From the NCBI RefSeq assembly GCF_009914755.1, contig NC_060941.1: a stretch of DNA of 64,000 bases; one strand, written 5' to 3'. The notes under the pieces were generated by a model. The model did not search any database. It worked only from the letters and a program-made list of their open reading frames with translations, and had not been told where the DNA came from. The position numbers and the translations under genes were made by a program. Shown one piece after another: positions 29,654-46,186 of the stretch (the stretch's first letter is position 1; the number at the start of each line of letters is the position of its first letter). The DNA comes from the human T2T-CHM13v2.0 reference genome, Homo sapiens.

Positions 29654-29772
29654 TGTGTTTGTGTGTGTGTGTGTGAGAGAGAGAGAGAGTGTGTGTGTGT
29701 GTGTGCACGTGCGTGCGTGTTGTCAGATAAAGAGAGAGTGAGAAAGAGAGGGGGAGAGAGAGAGAGAGAGAG
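29654..29772. repeat. Compound (GT)n/(GA)n microsatellite
   Basis: Alternating GT and GA blocks ~610 nt upstream of exon 2. Confidence 0.92.
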
Positions 29773-30384
29773 CGTTAAATCAGAATGCTTTGTTCCTGAG
29801 AGAATTGGCACTCTTCTCTGACATGAGGCAGGCAGTGCTAATGGGTTAGCTGGGACCAGTTCCTCCAGCATCCAGGTTCTTTCTCTAAATGTAGAAGTTT
29901 CAGGTTCAAGCCCTCCACTTTCTTGTGGACATAACACTTGGTTGCCAGACCGTGGTGGTGGCATTTGCATTAGTTGCCAAGATTCAATACTGTCTCTGTG
30001 TTTGTTGTTAATTGATCCTTTCTCAGATTTCTGCTACATTAGCTTACTTATTTGGGGGAGGCCAAGCGTTATGGGTGGGGAAACCTTAATTCTGATACTT
30101 AAAATATATACATATCTGGAAACAAAGGCATACATTTGTTGTCATGAATCCAGGTTCCAATCTGTAGCAGGAGAGTCTTCAGGGTATCTGCTTTGCTGTG
30201 TTTGCTGGTGTGTTGGTTTTTTAAGTTTCCTAATAAATTCTAGTTTTCTCTATTCTCTTATTAAATGTTTCTACTACTCATGTCTCTGTTTTTCTGGTAT
30301 TGCCTTAATTGAAGAGATTAGGGAGTAATTATGAGGCTCTGTTGTTAGTTTTGTTACTGATATGTTTCTCAATGTTCTTTTTAG

Positions 30385-30424
30385 GGCTGAAAAGACAGAA
30401 GTTTTGAGTGAAGACCTTCTTCAG
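30385..30424 (+). CDS. ARHGAP44: ARHGAP44 coding exon 2 (40 nt, phase 2 to 0), (R)AEKTEVLSEDLLQ
   Basis: Acceptor tgttctttttag|G and donor CAG|gtaagg; joins the next exon in frame; peptide matches the recalled ARHGAP44 N-terminus. Confidence 0.95.
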
Positions 30425-30467
30425 GTAAGGCGGCCATTGACACTGGCTCACAGATACCAGAGATATA

Positions 30468-30629
30468 TGGGAGGCTGAGGCAGGAGAATTGCTTGAACCC
30501 AGGAGGTGGAGGTTGTAGTTAGCCGGGATCGTGCCACTACACTCCAGCCTGGCGATACAGCGAGACTCTGTCTCAAAACAAACAAAAAACAAACAAATAA
30601 AAAAACAAACAACCAAAAAAACCAAAAAA
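30468..30629 (+). mobile_element. 5'-truncated Alu (right arm)
   Basis: gggaggctgaggcaggagaattgcttgaacc followed by a (CAAA)-rich tail. Confidence 0.9.
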
Positions 30630-30852
30630 CTAAGCCATCCCTCGATGTGGTTAAAACTGCTCCAGCTGCTCCTTACGAACTGTTAGGAGAGAAGTTTTTT
30701 TGTCTTTTACGACAGTACTTTGCATGATGAATACTGATTTGGGTTAAGCTCTTTCAGGAGAGGTTTAAAGTCATTTCACCACAGTTAGCCCGAGGGTCCT
30801 GGAGTCTGTGATCACTGCCCCTCCAGTTCTCCAGCATTGAAAGCTGTCTCTC

Positions 30853-31728
30853 ATTGCAGTTTTGATTTGCATTTCTCTGGTGACCAGTGATGATGAGCAT
30901 TTTTTCATGTGTCTGTTGGCTGCATAAATGTCTTCTTTTGAGAAGTGTCTGTTCATATCTGTCACCCACTTTTTGATGGGGTTGTTTGATTTTTTCTTGT
31001 AAATTTGTTTCTTTGTTAGAATGGTAATCATTAAAAAGTCAGGAAACAACAGGTGCTGGAGAGGATGTGGAAAATAGGAACACTTTTATGCTGTTGGTGG
31101 GACTGTAAACTAGTTCAACCATTGTGGAAGACAGTGTGGTGATTCCTCAAGGATCAGAACTAGAAATACCATTTGACCCAGCCATCCCATTACTGGGTAT
31201 ATACCCAAAGGATTATAAATCATGCTGCTATAAAGACACATGCACACGTATGTTTATTGTGGCACTATTCACAATAGCAAAGACTTGGAACCAACCCAAA
31301 TGTCCATCAATGATAGACTGGATTAAGAAAATGTGGCACATGTAAGCCATGGAATACTATGCAGCCATAAGAAAAGGATGAGTTCATGTCCTTTGTAGGG
31401 ACATGCATGAAGCTGGAAACCATCATTCTGAGCAAACTATTGCAAGGACAGAAAATCAAACACCACATGTTCTCACTCATAGGTGGGAATTGAACAATGA
31501 GAACACTTGGACACAGGCTGGGGAACATCACACACCAGGGCCTGTCATGGGATAGGGGGAGGGGGGAGGGGGAGGGATAGCATTAGGAGATATATCTAAT
31601 GTAAATGACGAGTTAATGGGTGCAGCACACCAAGATGGCACGTGTATACATATGTAACAAACCTACACATTGTGCACACGTACCTTAGAACTTAAAGTAT
31701 AATTTAAAAAACAAACAAACAAAAAAAC
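30853..31728 (+). mobile_element. 5'-inverted, truncated L1PA (PA4/5-like): inverted part 30853-31010, sense part 31015-31728
   Basis: ORF2 C-terminal peptides on opposite strands (30771..31049 -, 31124..31345 +), L1 3'UTR, A-rich tail; TSD AAAGCTGTCTCTC at 30840-30852 and 31729-31741. Confidence 0.95.
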
Positions 31729-31851
31729 AAAGCTGTCTCTCCAGGAGTCCTTGTCTCCATGGAAACATGAGTTGTGATTGTCCACACCCACAATCCCTCC
31801 TCCCCTGACCTTGCCCTCTCTCAGTGGCACCACCCGCTCTTCTCTCTGCAG

Positions 31852-31956
31852 GTGGAGAAGCGTCTGGAGCTGGTGAAACAGGTGTCCCACAGCACGCACA
31901 AGAAGCTCACCGCATGTCTGCAGGGCCAGCAAGGGGCAGAGGCTGACAAGCGCTCC
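31852..31956 (+). CDS. ARHGAP44: ARHGAP44 coding exon 3 (105 nt, phase 0 to 0), VEKRLELVKQVSHSTHKKLTACLQGQQGAEADKRS
   Basis: Acceptor ctcttctctctgcag| and donor TCC|gtaagt; visible in ORF 31774..31986; BAR-domain sequence. Confidence 0.97.
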
Positions 31957-33419
31957 GTAAGTGCCCTCCCAGCCCTGGGGAGCTGAAATCTTGCCTACTG
32001 AGGACAAGGTTCCTACTCCTGTGACACTCCTGGATGTAGCTGTTTATGTAGCTGCTTACGTGCCTGAGAATTGACTCAGCAGCTCTAGCTGCCTATTTTC
32101 TGTTTTCTGTGGGGTAATGACCCTCCCTACTGTTCTTGCTCTTTAGCCCAGCCTGAAGCATCCCCCGCCCTCCACAGGCAAGTTGAGGTCCTCTCCCTGT
32201 CCTCCCCAGCTTGGAGCAACTGGGAAGACGGCAGGGGCGTGCTTGAGATCCCACCTCTAGGGAAGCTTTATCCTTGATCGATATCTGACCCCTGATTCAG
32301 CTCATTCATAGATTGCATTTGCCTCAATAGTATCTTAAGATCTCATGGAAAAAAAGTGTATTGTGGTTTTAGAGGTTACAAGTGACCTATAAAGGCCCTT
32401 GAAAATTGTTTTCGCCCTAATGAGACACAATAAAAAGAGCCTGCTAAATAAAGCTTCTCTAATGCCTTTGTCTATAACCTGCATTAGAAATAACAGGCAT
32501 TGTATAATGCGATTCCATTTCAACAGTTCTTGGCATGAACAGCCTCTGCAGGTTTACCTTCCTCTTGACCCCATCCCTCTCAGCCCCACCAAAGATTAAA
32601 AGATATTCTTAGACATTCACTTGGCTTTATTACAAGGGATATACAATCTAGGTTTTTCTCCTCCTTCCTTGAGTTTATAATCTACATGATTGGTATCATT
32701 TAGACATTTTTTTTTTTGACTTGCAGTTATTGCTGATTTCTGCATCCCCTTGGTCCCCCGATGCCCCTCGGCTTATGTTAGCCTCATTTCTGTTGGACTG
32801 TCATGTAATGTGCCACAATACTTCTTCCCAGCTCCTGCCGCAGTGCAAAAACCCACTCTACTTGTCCTACGAGTCATTTCTTTTTTTTTTTTTTCCCAAG
32901 CCCTGGTTTCTTCTTTCTTAATATTCCCAGCAGGAATCATTTGTGTGTGTATAAATAAAACTTTCACAGCTCTGAAAAATATCTATAGAAATAATTCTGC
33001 ATGTATCAGGAATTCAGCAAGAGGAACTGTCTAAAGGGAGAGTTTGCAAAATGACTTTGGGCATGAAACCCTTTTATCAAACCCACATCTAATGGGGGAC
33101 TCCAGGAACGGTTCCGGATGGGGGTGCTGGAGCCAAGCCTGCCTTTGATCTGTGTCTTTTTTTTTTTTTTTTTTTTGCTCTAAGAAGCACTATTTTTAAA
33201 ATAACTGGTCCAAAGTACAGTATGTTTTGGTATCGGGAGTATCATCTGAATGCTACCACCAGAGGCTTGAATTCGGCCTTTGGTGTTGGTAGGCGGATTA
33301 GTACTAACATTATTTTTCTGGGATCAGATGAATTTACCTGGATTGGTGGAGTTTTCATTGGATTGAGAGTCTTACGTATTATATCAGTAAGGATACATTT
33401 GGATCCTTGAGTGATCTGA

Positions 33420-33918
33420 AGTATAGGGCACTGATAGAAGATTTGAGGTATGGCAAAGCCAGCAGATCAGGAGATGATTGCCAAGGAGAGATAATTATTC
33501 ACCCTCCCCAAGAGAAGGGGACAGGCCACATCACCCAGAGGGCCACAGGGGAAGCTCTAGGGTTGGTCAGGAGGTAAAGGAGGGGACTGTGGGCCAGAGC
33601 CTTTGTTGTGGTGTCTGCAGCAGATATAGGATTGATTAGTTTGAATTATTACGGACGATTTCTAGTTGTCTGACCTACCAGTCAAGGGTGATTAGGGCAG
33701 ATGAACAGTGGCCTGCGGTGTGACAGCCCCTTAGAGGAGGTTGTTGAAGTGTGAGCTCCAGATTGGTTTGCATTTAAAAAGCATGCTGTGAGTGAGTTGT
33801 TTACTATTTCTAGGAATTGCCTAGCCTGGGAGGGGCAGTCCCTCTAGGGTCAGCAAGGGCCCAAGATGTTGTCAGAGCATCTGAATACAGAAAATAAAAC
33901 ACATGGTTAATAACTACA
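33420..33918 (-). mobile_element. ERVL solo LTR (MER74-like)
   Basis: Ends gaatacagaaaataaaacacatggttaata, the reverse of the recalled MER74 start. Confidence 0.75.
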
Positions 33919-34381
33919 CTGCTTCCTAGAGACTTGAGAAAAAGGCACTTAATTGCCTCACTTAACAAGATTCTGATGTAGCCAGTTCCAAGGTTTATTC
34001 AGCAGCTTTGGGTCAGCAGCTATGTGACGCTTGGGCCTCCACTTACAACTGTAATGTGGCTGCTCCAGCTCCACGCATCACATCTTCACATAACCATATC
34101 ACAGGCAGGAAGTGGGAGATTGATAAGACCATGAATTCATTTCATTTATGTTTCTCTAGCTGCAAGGGAGGCTGAGAAGGTGAATATGTGTCCAAGATAA
34201 ATGGGTTTGCTATGACTGGCCATGATTCACCAGCGAGGACGTACACTATCTGGCTTCTCTTACTAGAGAAGACACACAGTGGTTGTTACCAGGCTCTGAA
34301 GGCTGCAGTCACATGCATGCAGTGATAAACGTGTAAACTGGGAGAAGTCCGCAGTGGAAGTAGGTGCCCAAGCATGTATAG

Positions 34382-34714
<333 letters not shown>

Positions 34715-35214
34715 TCACTGCATGGATTTTAAGTGCTTGATTTTGTCAATGATTTCTTATGCTGATTCATCTTTGCTTGTCATCATATGACTGAATAAAT
34801 GGTCTGAAAGTCAAAGAGCCATTTAAAATAGGAAACAATCAAAGAACTGTGGGAAAAAAATTTCCAAACTCAATTTTTTTCAGTTTTTCTCTGAACACAT
34901 TAAGAGATGTAATAGGAAACGTGACACTTATAAATCACCTCAAATACTGAAATGTATATCCAGTTCTTTGTGATGATTAAGTAGGGAGATATGTCAAGAT
35001 CGGAGCAATGGGTGAAAAGGAAAAGAAATAAAATGAAAAGGATCAGGTAAAGGGAAGGTGGGGTGGGAGGGAGGGAGTGAATGAACAGACACTGTCTCGG
35101 GAATTGAATGTTAAGGGAGGGTCCAGAGATGGACAATCACACGGGAGTGTGGGTCATAGAGTCTCAGGATCAGGAGAGACTTTATGGGGATCCATGCAAT
35201 ATTCTGCTTTTTAT

Positions 35215-35300
35215 TTGAGCACATGTAAGTTGCTGCTTGAGCACATGTAAGTTGCTACTTGAGCACATGTAAGTTGCTACTTGAGTACGTGTAAGTTGCT
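35215..35300. repeat. 22-bp minisatellite, ~3.9 copies
   Basis: TTGAGCACATGTAAGTTGCT(G/A)C units start at 35215, 35237, 35259 and 35281. Confidence 0.95.
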
Positions 35301-35563
35301 TTTTGTTATTTCTCTTTTAACAAGCTCAGTAGCTCTTTAGTCATGTGTTCCAACTCCTGAACTTTTGTCATACCACTTTTAAAAGTTTTGCCCTGAAAGC
35401 TGTGGCTGCCAGCCAGATGTGGGTAGGCATAAAAATCGGATTTTGTTGCCATTATCTCAGTGACCAGAGAGAACATTATTGTCTTGTGGGTACTGAGTAA
35501 AACTGGATTCCTTATGTGGAATGAAGAATAGAAAGCATATGAATTACCTTTCCATGTTGCCAT

Positions 35564-35873
<310 letters not shown>

Positions 35874-36359
35874 CCATGTTGCCATCTTTAGTCCTGGATA
35901 ATAACTGGTTAGTTCCTAGGTTTTTGAGACTCTTAATATAATGAAGATGTTTAGTTTTTTGAAGTCCTTGCATTTCTCATTAGGAAGTCATACCCAACAA
36001 ATAAAGTGCTACCGTGTGGAAGTGTTTCTCCACCTTATTCAGCAAATATTTAGAAAGCAACAAGTCTGCCACGCAAGGCGGTGTGTATGCCAAGTGCTGA
36101 GCCAGCTGAGCAGGATTTCTGTGCTGCAGAAGCTCACCACCCAGGGGGAGGCAAGCATCATACTCACAGTGCATTCGCTGCTCAGACCGTGTCTTAGTGC
36201 CAAGAAGAAGTGCTTGCTAGGAATTAAATGGTGGGAGGTTTCCATAAGGAAGTGGCCGTTAAGGACAGGTGAAAGGTAGCAGCACCAAAAGGGGTAAACA
36301 CACTTCTCAGATAAGAGGACAAGATGTGCCAGGTTCCGAGAGACAGGAGAAAGTTTGGC

Positions 36360-38050
<1,691 letters not shown>

Positions 38051-38119
38051 TGTGAATATTTTAGGCACAGAACTTGCCTACCACACTAGCATGCCCTTCC
38101 TTTTCTGTAACAGGCAATT

Positions 38120-38330
38120 CTGAGGTTAAGCTCTGGAATCTGACGACCCAAGGGTGAAGCCCAGTTCTGTCACTTCCTAATTTAACCTGAGCTTGGGCAA
38201 GTTAATTACCTCATAAGCCTTAGCTTCTTCATTTGGAAAATGGTAAGAATCATAATAATTCCCTACCCAGCAGGGTTGTTTGAGAGGTCAGTGAGGTAAA
38301 GCACGTACATGCCTTGTGCAATGTTAACTT
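38120..38330 (+). mobile_element. MIR SINE
   Basis: cttgggcaagttaattacctc...cttcatttggaaaatgg...cagggttgtttgagagg core. Confidence 0.75.
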
Positions 38331-38523
38331 AAGTAAATATTAAAGAAGTGTAACCTGATGCTGTTAGCAGTGGCCCGCTATTAGACTGGAGTGGCTGTTG
38401 AGAACCACTGAGACCCAAGCATCAAGCCTTGGCTGTGTGTCTGTTTGGGGCTGAACCACAGAAGAGCTGGTTGCCTGGGGCTGGAATTAGAGGACAGTAG
38501 ACAAGAATTTTCCAAGATAGGGA

Positions 38524-38640
<117 letters not shown>

Positions 38641-39034
38641 GAGGAATGGAGTGGATATTAGAATGAGGCTTATTGTCTGGGTCATCCTACAAACTGTGTT
38701 GCTTGTGCCCAAGATAGTTTTAGAGAGAATAGTCATCTCAGAAATGTCAGATTGACTATATCGAAACTCTGGGACAGTCTGTCTTTCCTTCCCTTAATTC
38801 TCAAGGTTCTATCTGCATTCTAGAGCTAGGGAGAAAAATTATTTCAGTAGCTCCTCTTTGGCTCTGAAAATCACTGGCAGCATGAAGTTTGCTAAGATCT
38901 TTTTACCTGGGCACTAATATTTACCAGGGATTGGGACTGGCTTTGTCAGTGTGGATCCTTGGTACTGGAGGGAAAAAGATTTTGGGAGCTTTTCTAGATT
39001 TTTGAGCAATTTAATTCTTCTAAGACTGGATATC

Positions 39035-39256
39035 CTTTTAAAAAATTTTTAATTAATTTATTTCAATAGGTTTTTGGGGAACAGGTGGTGTTGGTTACAT
39101 GAGTAAGTTCTTTAGTGGTGATTTCTGATATTTTGGTGCACCCATCACCTGAGTAGTGTACACTGTACCCAATGTGTAATCTTTTATCCCTCACCCTCCT
39201 CCCACCCTTTCCCCTGAGTCCCCAGAGTCCATTGTATCATTCTTATGCCTCTGTAG
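39035..39256 (-). mobile_element. Short L1PB-type 3' end with TSD
   Basis: Same 3'UTR sequence as 14430; flanked by aagactggatatc on both sides. Confidence 0.85.
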
Positions 39257-39542
39257 AAGACTGGATATCATTATACTTGAAATGGGGGCGACCAAAGTTT
39301 GAGGGAGAGAGCAAACAGTATCTTAGTTAGAGGCAATCTTAGGTTATATGAGATTGCTACAATGCCTGGCATCTCTTGAGCAGATAAAGTCCCTTCACCT
39401 TAGAGAATCTTTTTAGAAAGAGAAATCATTTGTAGTCTGTTGTGCGTTACAGTCCATTAACTTCTTCTTACGTACTGTCTTTGATTATGGGGTTGCTAAC
39501 GCATTTCTTCCTTTCTCTTGTCATTTGGTGGCTTCCTTGTAA

Positions 39543-39856
<314 letters not shown>

Positions 39857-40338
39857 AATTTCTTGATTCTTAAAGCATTTACACAAATAAAAACTCATGT
39901 TGATTTTCACCAGCTTACCCCCACCTTGGAATCCAAGCTCTCAAATTCACCTTAACATCTCTCCTCTTAGAGTGACAGTTACACCATTGGTAGGGTACTT
40001 GAGTAAATACATTTTGTCATCTTCATTCAATGATCTGTGTAACCATTAAAATAAAAGAACAAGACAGTTCCATAGGTAGTGATAGGAAATGATATGAAAG
40101 GTATCTATCTCTATGTGAAAAGGAAAGCAAGGCACAGAGTGGTGTGTATATTTAGTATGCTAACGTGGGGAGAAATACTAAAAGTAGACGCACACACATG
40201 TATGTATAATTGAATCTGCTTAGAATATTTATGAAAGGATACACAAAATCTGGTCACTATTAGGGTCTTTGGTGAGGGGAATGAAGTGGTTGAGGGATGA
40301 GTGAGTGTGGGAGGGACTTTTTACTATAAATCCTCTAG

Positions 40339-40642
<304 letters not shown>

Positions 40643-41379
40643 AAATTAATTCTTTTCCTATAATAGATATGATAGAGAATGAGATAGGGCAGGAGGGAGA
40701 GGTTATGCTCCTTGTTAAAATTAAAAAGCATATCCCTTAAGAATTCACTTAATTCTGTCCTCTCTGCTACCTAAGAGGATGTCAAAATCATTAGTGCAGG
40801 TGTTAAATGACTCAAAATGATGAGAAAATGTAGCTTCCTTGGCTCAGGAGCAGGGTGCCTCCAGCCCTATAGCTTCAAACTGTGTTTTCCAGTCTGCACT
40901 TTGCAGAACAGTTGCCTGGCTGTCCCCTCTCCATCCTCCCTCCAAAAGTCCGATCAACCTCATGTTCCTCCAGTGGCCGGTCTTGTCCTGTTGATCTTGA
41001 CCTTCGTTCATTTGGTCCCCCTTGGGCACAGTTTTCTGCTCCACTCACTGACAGGATAATCTGACTAGTCTTTTTCCATATTTGGAAAAACTCTACTTAC
41101 CTTCTGGTAGATGTATTTCTTCAAAGGATGTCAACTCTTGGACTATCAGAAGTCCCCTTTACTATAGGCAAATCCTCTCTTCTTTGTCCAATTTCAGAAA
41201 GATTCAGAAATGCTGAAGTCTTGTCCTGATGGCAGGTCATGGGACTGTGAATGTTTATCACAAACCAGAATGGTCTTTTTATGTGAGCTCATCAATACTA
41301 TGATCGTACCATCTGACATTCAAGACGAAGCATCTTCACTGACTTGTCACTGAGGTATTGTAGACACTTGCAGATCAAA

Positions 41380-41592
41380 CCAGGTTTCTCAACCATGGCA
41401 CTATTGCCATTTTGAGCCTAGTAATTCTTTGTTGGAGGAGACTGTTCTGTGCCTTGTAGGATGTTTAGCAACATCCCTGGCCTCTACCCATCAGATGCCA
41501 ATAGCATCTCCCATGCTGTGCCAATCAGAAATGTCTCCAGATGTTGCCAAATGACCCCAGGAGGACAAAAATCACCCCTGGTTGAGAACCAA
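41380..41592. mobile_element. MER20 (hAT-Charlie)
   Basis: tttctcaaccatggcactattg...catccctggcctctaccca...ggttgagaacca with terminal inverted repeats. Confidence 0.88.
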
Positions 41593-41609
41593 TACCTTAA
41601 GTTATGCCC

Positions 41610-42060
41610 TCTCTGTGAGGCTACAACTGGAATATTATGCCTGCTTCTCTGAAAAACAGACTCTGTTTGTCTACACTTACATAACACTTCTGTGACCACA
41701 TGTGTGGGGGGATTTTCTCCACACACCAAGCAGTTCCCCAACTCTCTGAACACCAGGTGTATGTCTTGCAATTTATTCTGACACTGTATACCTGGAGTTG
41801 GTGTCAGATCCCGCAGGTTAAGGGCTCAGTCCTACAAGACTGCCCCTACTTAAGATGTCAATTGCAAATCCAGCCTTCTGGTATTTCTCAACAACCAGCT
41901 ATAAATTAGGGGTCCCACAACTCCCCTCCTCAGGTTTGATAATTTGCTAAAATGGCTCGAAGAACTCAGGGAAACACTTTAGTTGTATTTATCAGTTAGG
42001 ATATTATAAAGGATACAAATGAACAGCCAGATGAAAAGAGTAAACTTAGGGCAAAGTATG
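41610..42060 (-). mobile_element. MER21-like LTR fragment
   Basis: gtcagatcccgcaggttaagggctcagtcctacaagactgcccc...gaactcagggaaacac. Confidence 0.75.
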
Positions 42061-42103
42061 ATGATGTTTATTATTTATCTTCACCATTAGAAGTAAGTTC
42101 TGT

Positions 42104-42458
42104 GGCTGGGTGTGGTGGTTAACACCTGCAATCCCAGCACTTTGGGAGGCCAAAGCAGGAGGATTGCTTGAGCCGAGGAGTTCAAGACCAGCTTGGGAAA
42201 CATAGTGAGACACCATCTCTACAAAAAATTTAGAAATAAAATTAGCCAGGCATGGGGGTGCATGCCTGTAGTTCTAGCTGCTCGGGAAGCTGAGGCAGGA
42301 GGATTGCTTGGGCTTAGGAGCTCGAGGCTTCAGTGAGCTATGATTGCAACACTGTGCTCTAGCCTGGGAGATAGGGCCAGACCTTGTATCAAAAAACAAA
42401 ACAAAACAAACAAAAAAAACAGAAAAAAAGGAAAGAAGAAGAAAAGAGAAAAGAAAAA
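42104..42458 (+). mobile_element. AluJ SINE
   Basis: J-type motifs with a long mixed A tail. Confidence 0.9.
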
Positions 42459-42799
42459 TGTTCTATGAGAGCAGTGTCTAGTTTTGTTTATCACTGGTTT
42501 GGTGCCTGCCCTCCATAAATATTGGATTAGTAAATGAATTATAAGTGGAAACGCTCTATGTGTTAACACCAGGAGGCTCTGGGCTGGGTGTAGTTCAGTC
42601 ACTTTCTTTTTGAAGAACTACCTTTGTAGCTACGTAGACTGGAAGACCTGAGAAGGTGCTAGTGGTTCTTACCTTGTTTTTGTTCTGTCTGTGTGTACTG
42701 GCTGGTCTTAGTTCAGAAAGGAGAGAGCTCTTTGATATTTAGCCTGGGGAACGGATCATGCTAAACTCCTATCACAGCTTGTCTCTCCCTCCCTGTAAC

Positions 42800-43955
<1,156 letters not shown>

Positions 43956-44347
43956 ACTGCCTCATTTTTAAAATAAGGCTAATACACTCCTTAAGAGACA
44001 TATTATTTTTGGAAATTAAGGCATTGCTCAAATCTTTGTTAACATCATTTTAAATTTTTCTCATTTTTCCTTCTTGCCATCCTACCTCATTTTAAAATGC
44101 AGCATGTAAGCCTTAGGCTTATTTCCCAAAGTGGCAAATATAATTCAGTTCTCGTTTTCTGAATTTTGACATCTCTAAGTCTAACCCATCATGGTGCACT
44201 ATGAATTTCTATGTTTAAACCTATTTTAAAGTTAGCTTGTTTCATAGTTAATATAATACCTTGGCAAGTATTTGACTTTTTGCTATTTTAGATTCAACAG
44301 ATGAATATGGAAAGTAGCTTTCATTACAGCATTTGCTTTCTTTTCAG

Positions 44348-44424
44348 AAAAAGTTGCCTTTGACAACACTGGCTCAGTGTCTGATGGAGGGGTCAGCTAT
44401 CCTGGGAGATGACACACTTCTTGG
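44348..44424 (+). CDS. ARHGAP44: ARHGAP44 coding exon 4 (77 nt, phase 0 to 2), KKLPLTTLAQCLMEGSAILGDDTLL(G)
   Basis: Acceptor ttgctttcttttcag| and donor GG|gtaagg; frame continuous with exons 3 and 5. Confidence 0.96.
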
Positions 44425-45897
44425 GTAAGGTGACACCTTGCGTGAGTTTGGTGCCAAATCTAAGTAAGTCCCCATCCGTGAAAAGGGGACTAGACCCTCT
44501 CAGGGAAGCACCTGAATTCTCACTGGGGACTTTAGTGGAAAAAAGGAAAATGTTACCAGTAGGAAATCAGAACTCTTGGCTCTAAAGTCATATTGTCTGT
44601 GCGGTGAGGCAAGGCCCAAGTGGAGAGATTAACATGAAACTGATGAAGGACAATTGAAATCCCTAGGGCCCTAGCAGAAGCAAATATGAAACCTGTCAAT
44701 TCAAATGTCAGAACTTACGAGATTCTCAGAAAAGCAGCCTTTGCCGATGTTGAGCTCACAACAAAACAAACTGAAAATAGAATCGTCATGAGAGAGCATC
44801 AGCAGACACAATCAGTAGAAGAGTCAGTACCCTGAGAACGAAAAATAATAGAACTATATGGAAGAAAATATAACAATTATTTAAATGGAAATTTTAAAAT
44901 TAAAAAACAGAATCCTTGACAAGAGAATCAAACAATATTAAAAAAGAATAGGCGGGATTGAAGGCAAACCAAAGAGAACTTTCCAAAATTATGCTGAAAA
45001 TTTTCAATGATCTTTAGTCAAAAGAAACTCAAGATTATACACAAATAAATAATTGCTGAACTTGAAAACAGATGTAGAGCCGCCACCCAGAATGAAGGGA
45101 ATGAAGTGCAGAGATAAGGAGGTAGGCATTCTTAAACTGAGAAACATGGGTGATAGAATGCAAAAGCTTAACATTCCATCTAGTGGGAATTCCTGAGGAA
45201 GAAAATAGGGAGAAAGGTAAGTTTGTGGTTGAATTTTTCTTTTCCAGATTTAAAGAAAAACATGTCTTTGGATTTAAGGAGCACAAAATGATTTGATTGA
45301 GATCAACAAGAAAAAAATGCATCCCTGGACATATTGTAGTAAGACCACAGATTATCAACAAAAAATAGAAAAATGTAAAATTGACCAGAGGGAAAAAAGA
45401 TCATTACTATAAAATAGCAATTAAACTGTTAACAAACTATGTATTCGTCAGCCACAATGAATGCCAGAAGATAATGGAGTAATATCTTCAAGTATTGAGC
45501 GAAAATGTAAGAAACCTAGTATTCTATGATAAAATAGGGAAGAGTAAGGATATTTTCAGGCAGATTTGAAGAAGATACTACCTGCATATTCTCACTGAAA
45601 GGACTAGTTAAGGCTACATGAAATAGATTACATCTCTTTCACAGAAACAGAAGAAAGATGAGAAGTACAAGTACCAAGGTAGGAAAAAGATTGTGTTGTA
45701 GGGGAGGAAACTTTTTTTTTTTTTTTTTTCCTCTCTCTAAACATCTTAGGTTCTTTGGTTGGGCCCTGAAAGTTAGATTGACAAAAGGTAGATTAACAGG
45801 AGAAAAGCAAATAAATTTTATTAAAATGTGTAGTACATACACATGGAAGAACTCAGGGATGAGTAGATCAAAGGATAGAACATGGGCTTATGTAGCC

Positions 45898-46186
<289 letters not shown>

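Noticed and set aside
31124-31345. L1 ORF2 C-terminal peptide as an active element
   Set aside because: The element is under 1 kb, 5'-truncated and inverted, with no promoter or RT domain
31551-31577. G-quadruplex-like G tract
   Set aside because: Standard polypurine tract of the L1 3'UTR
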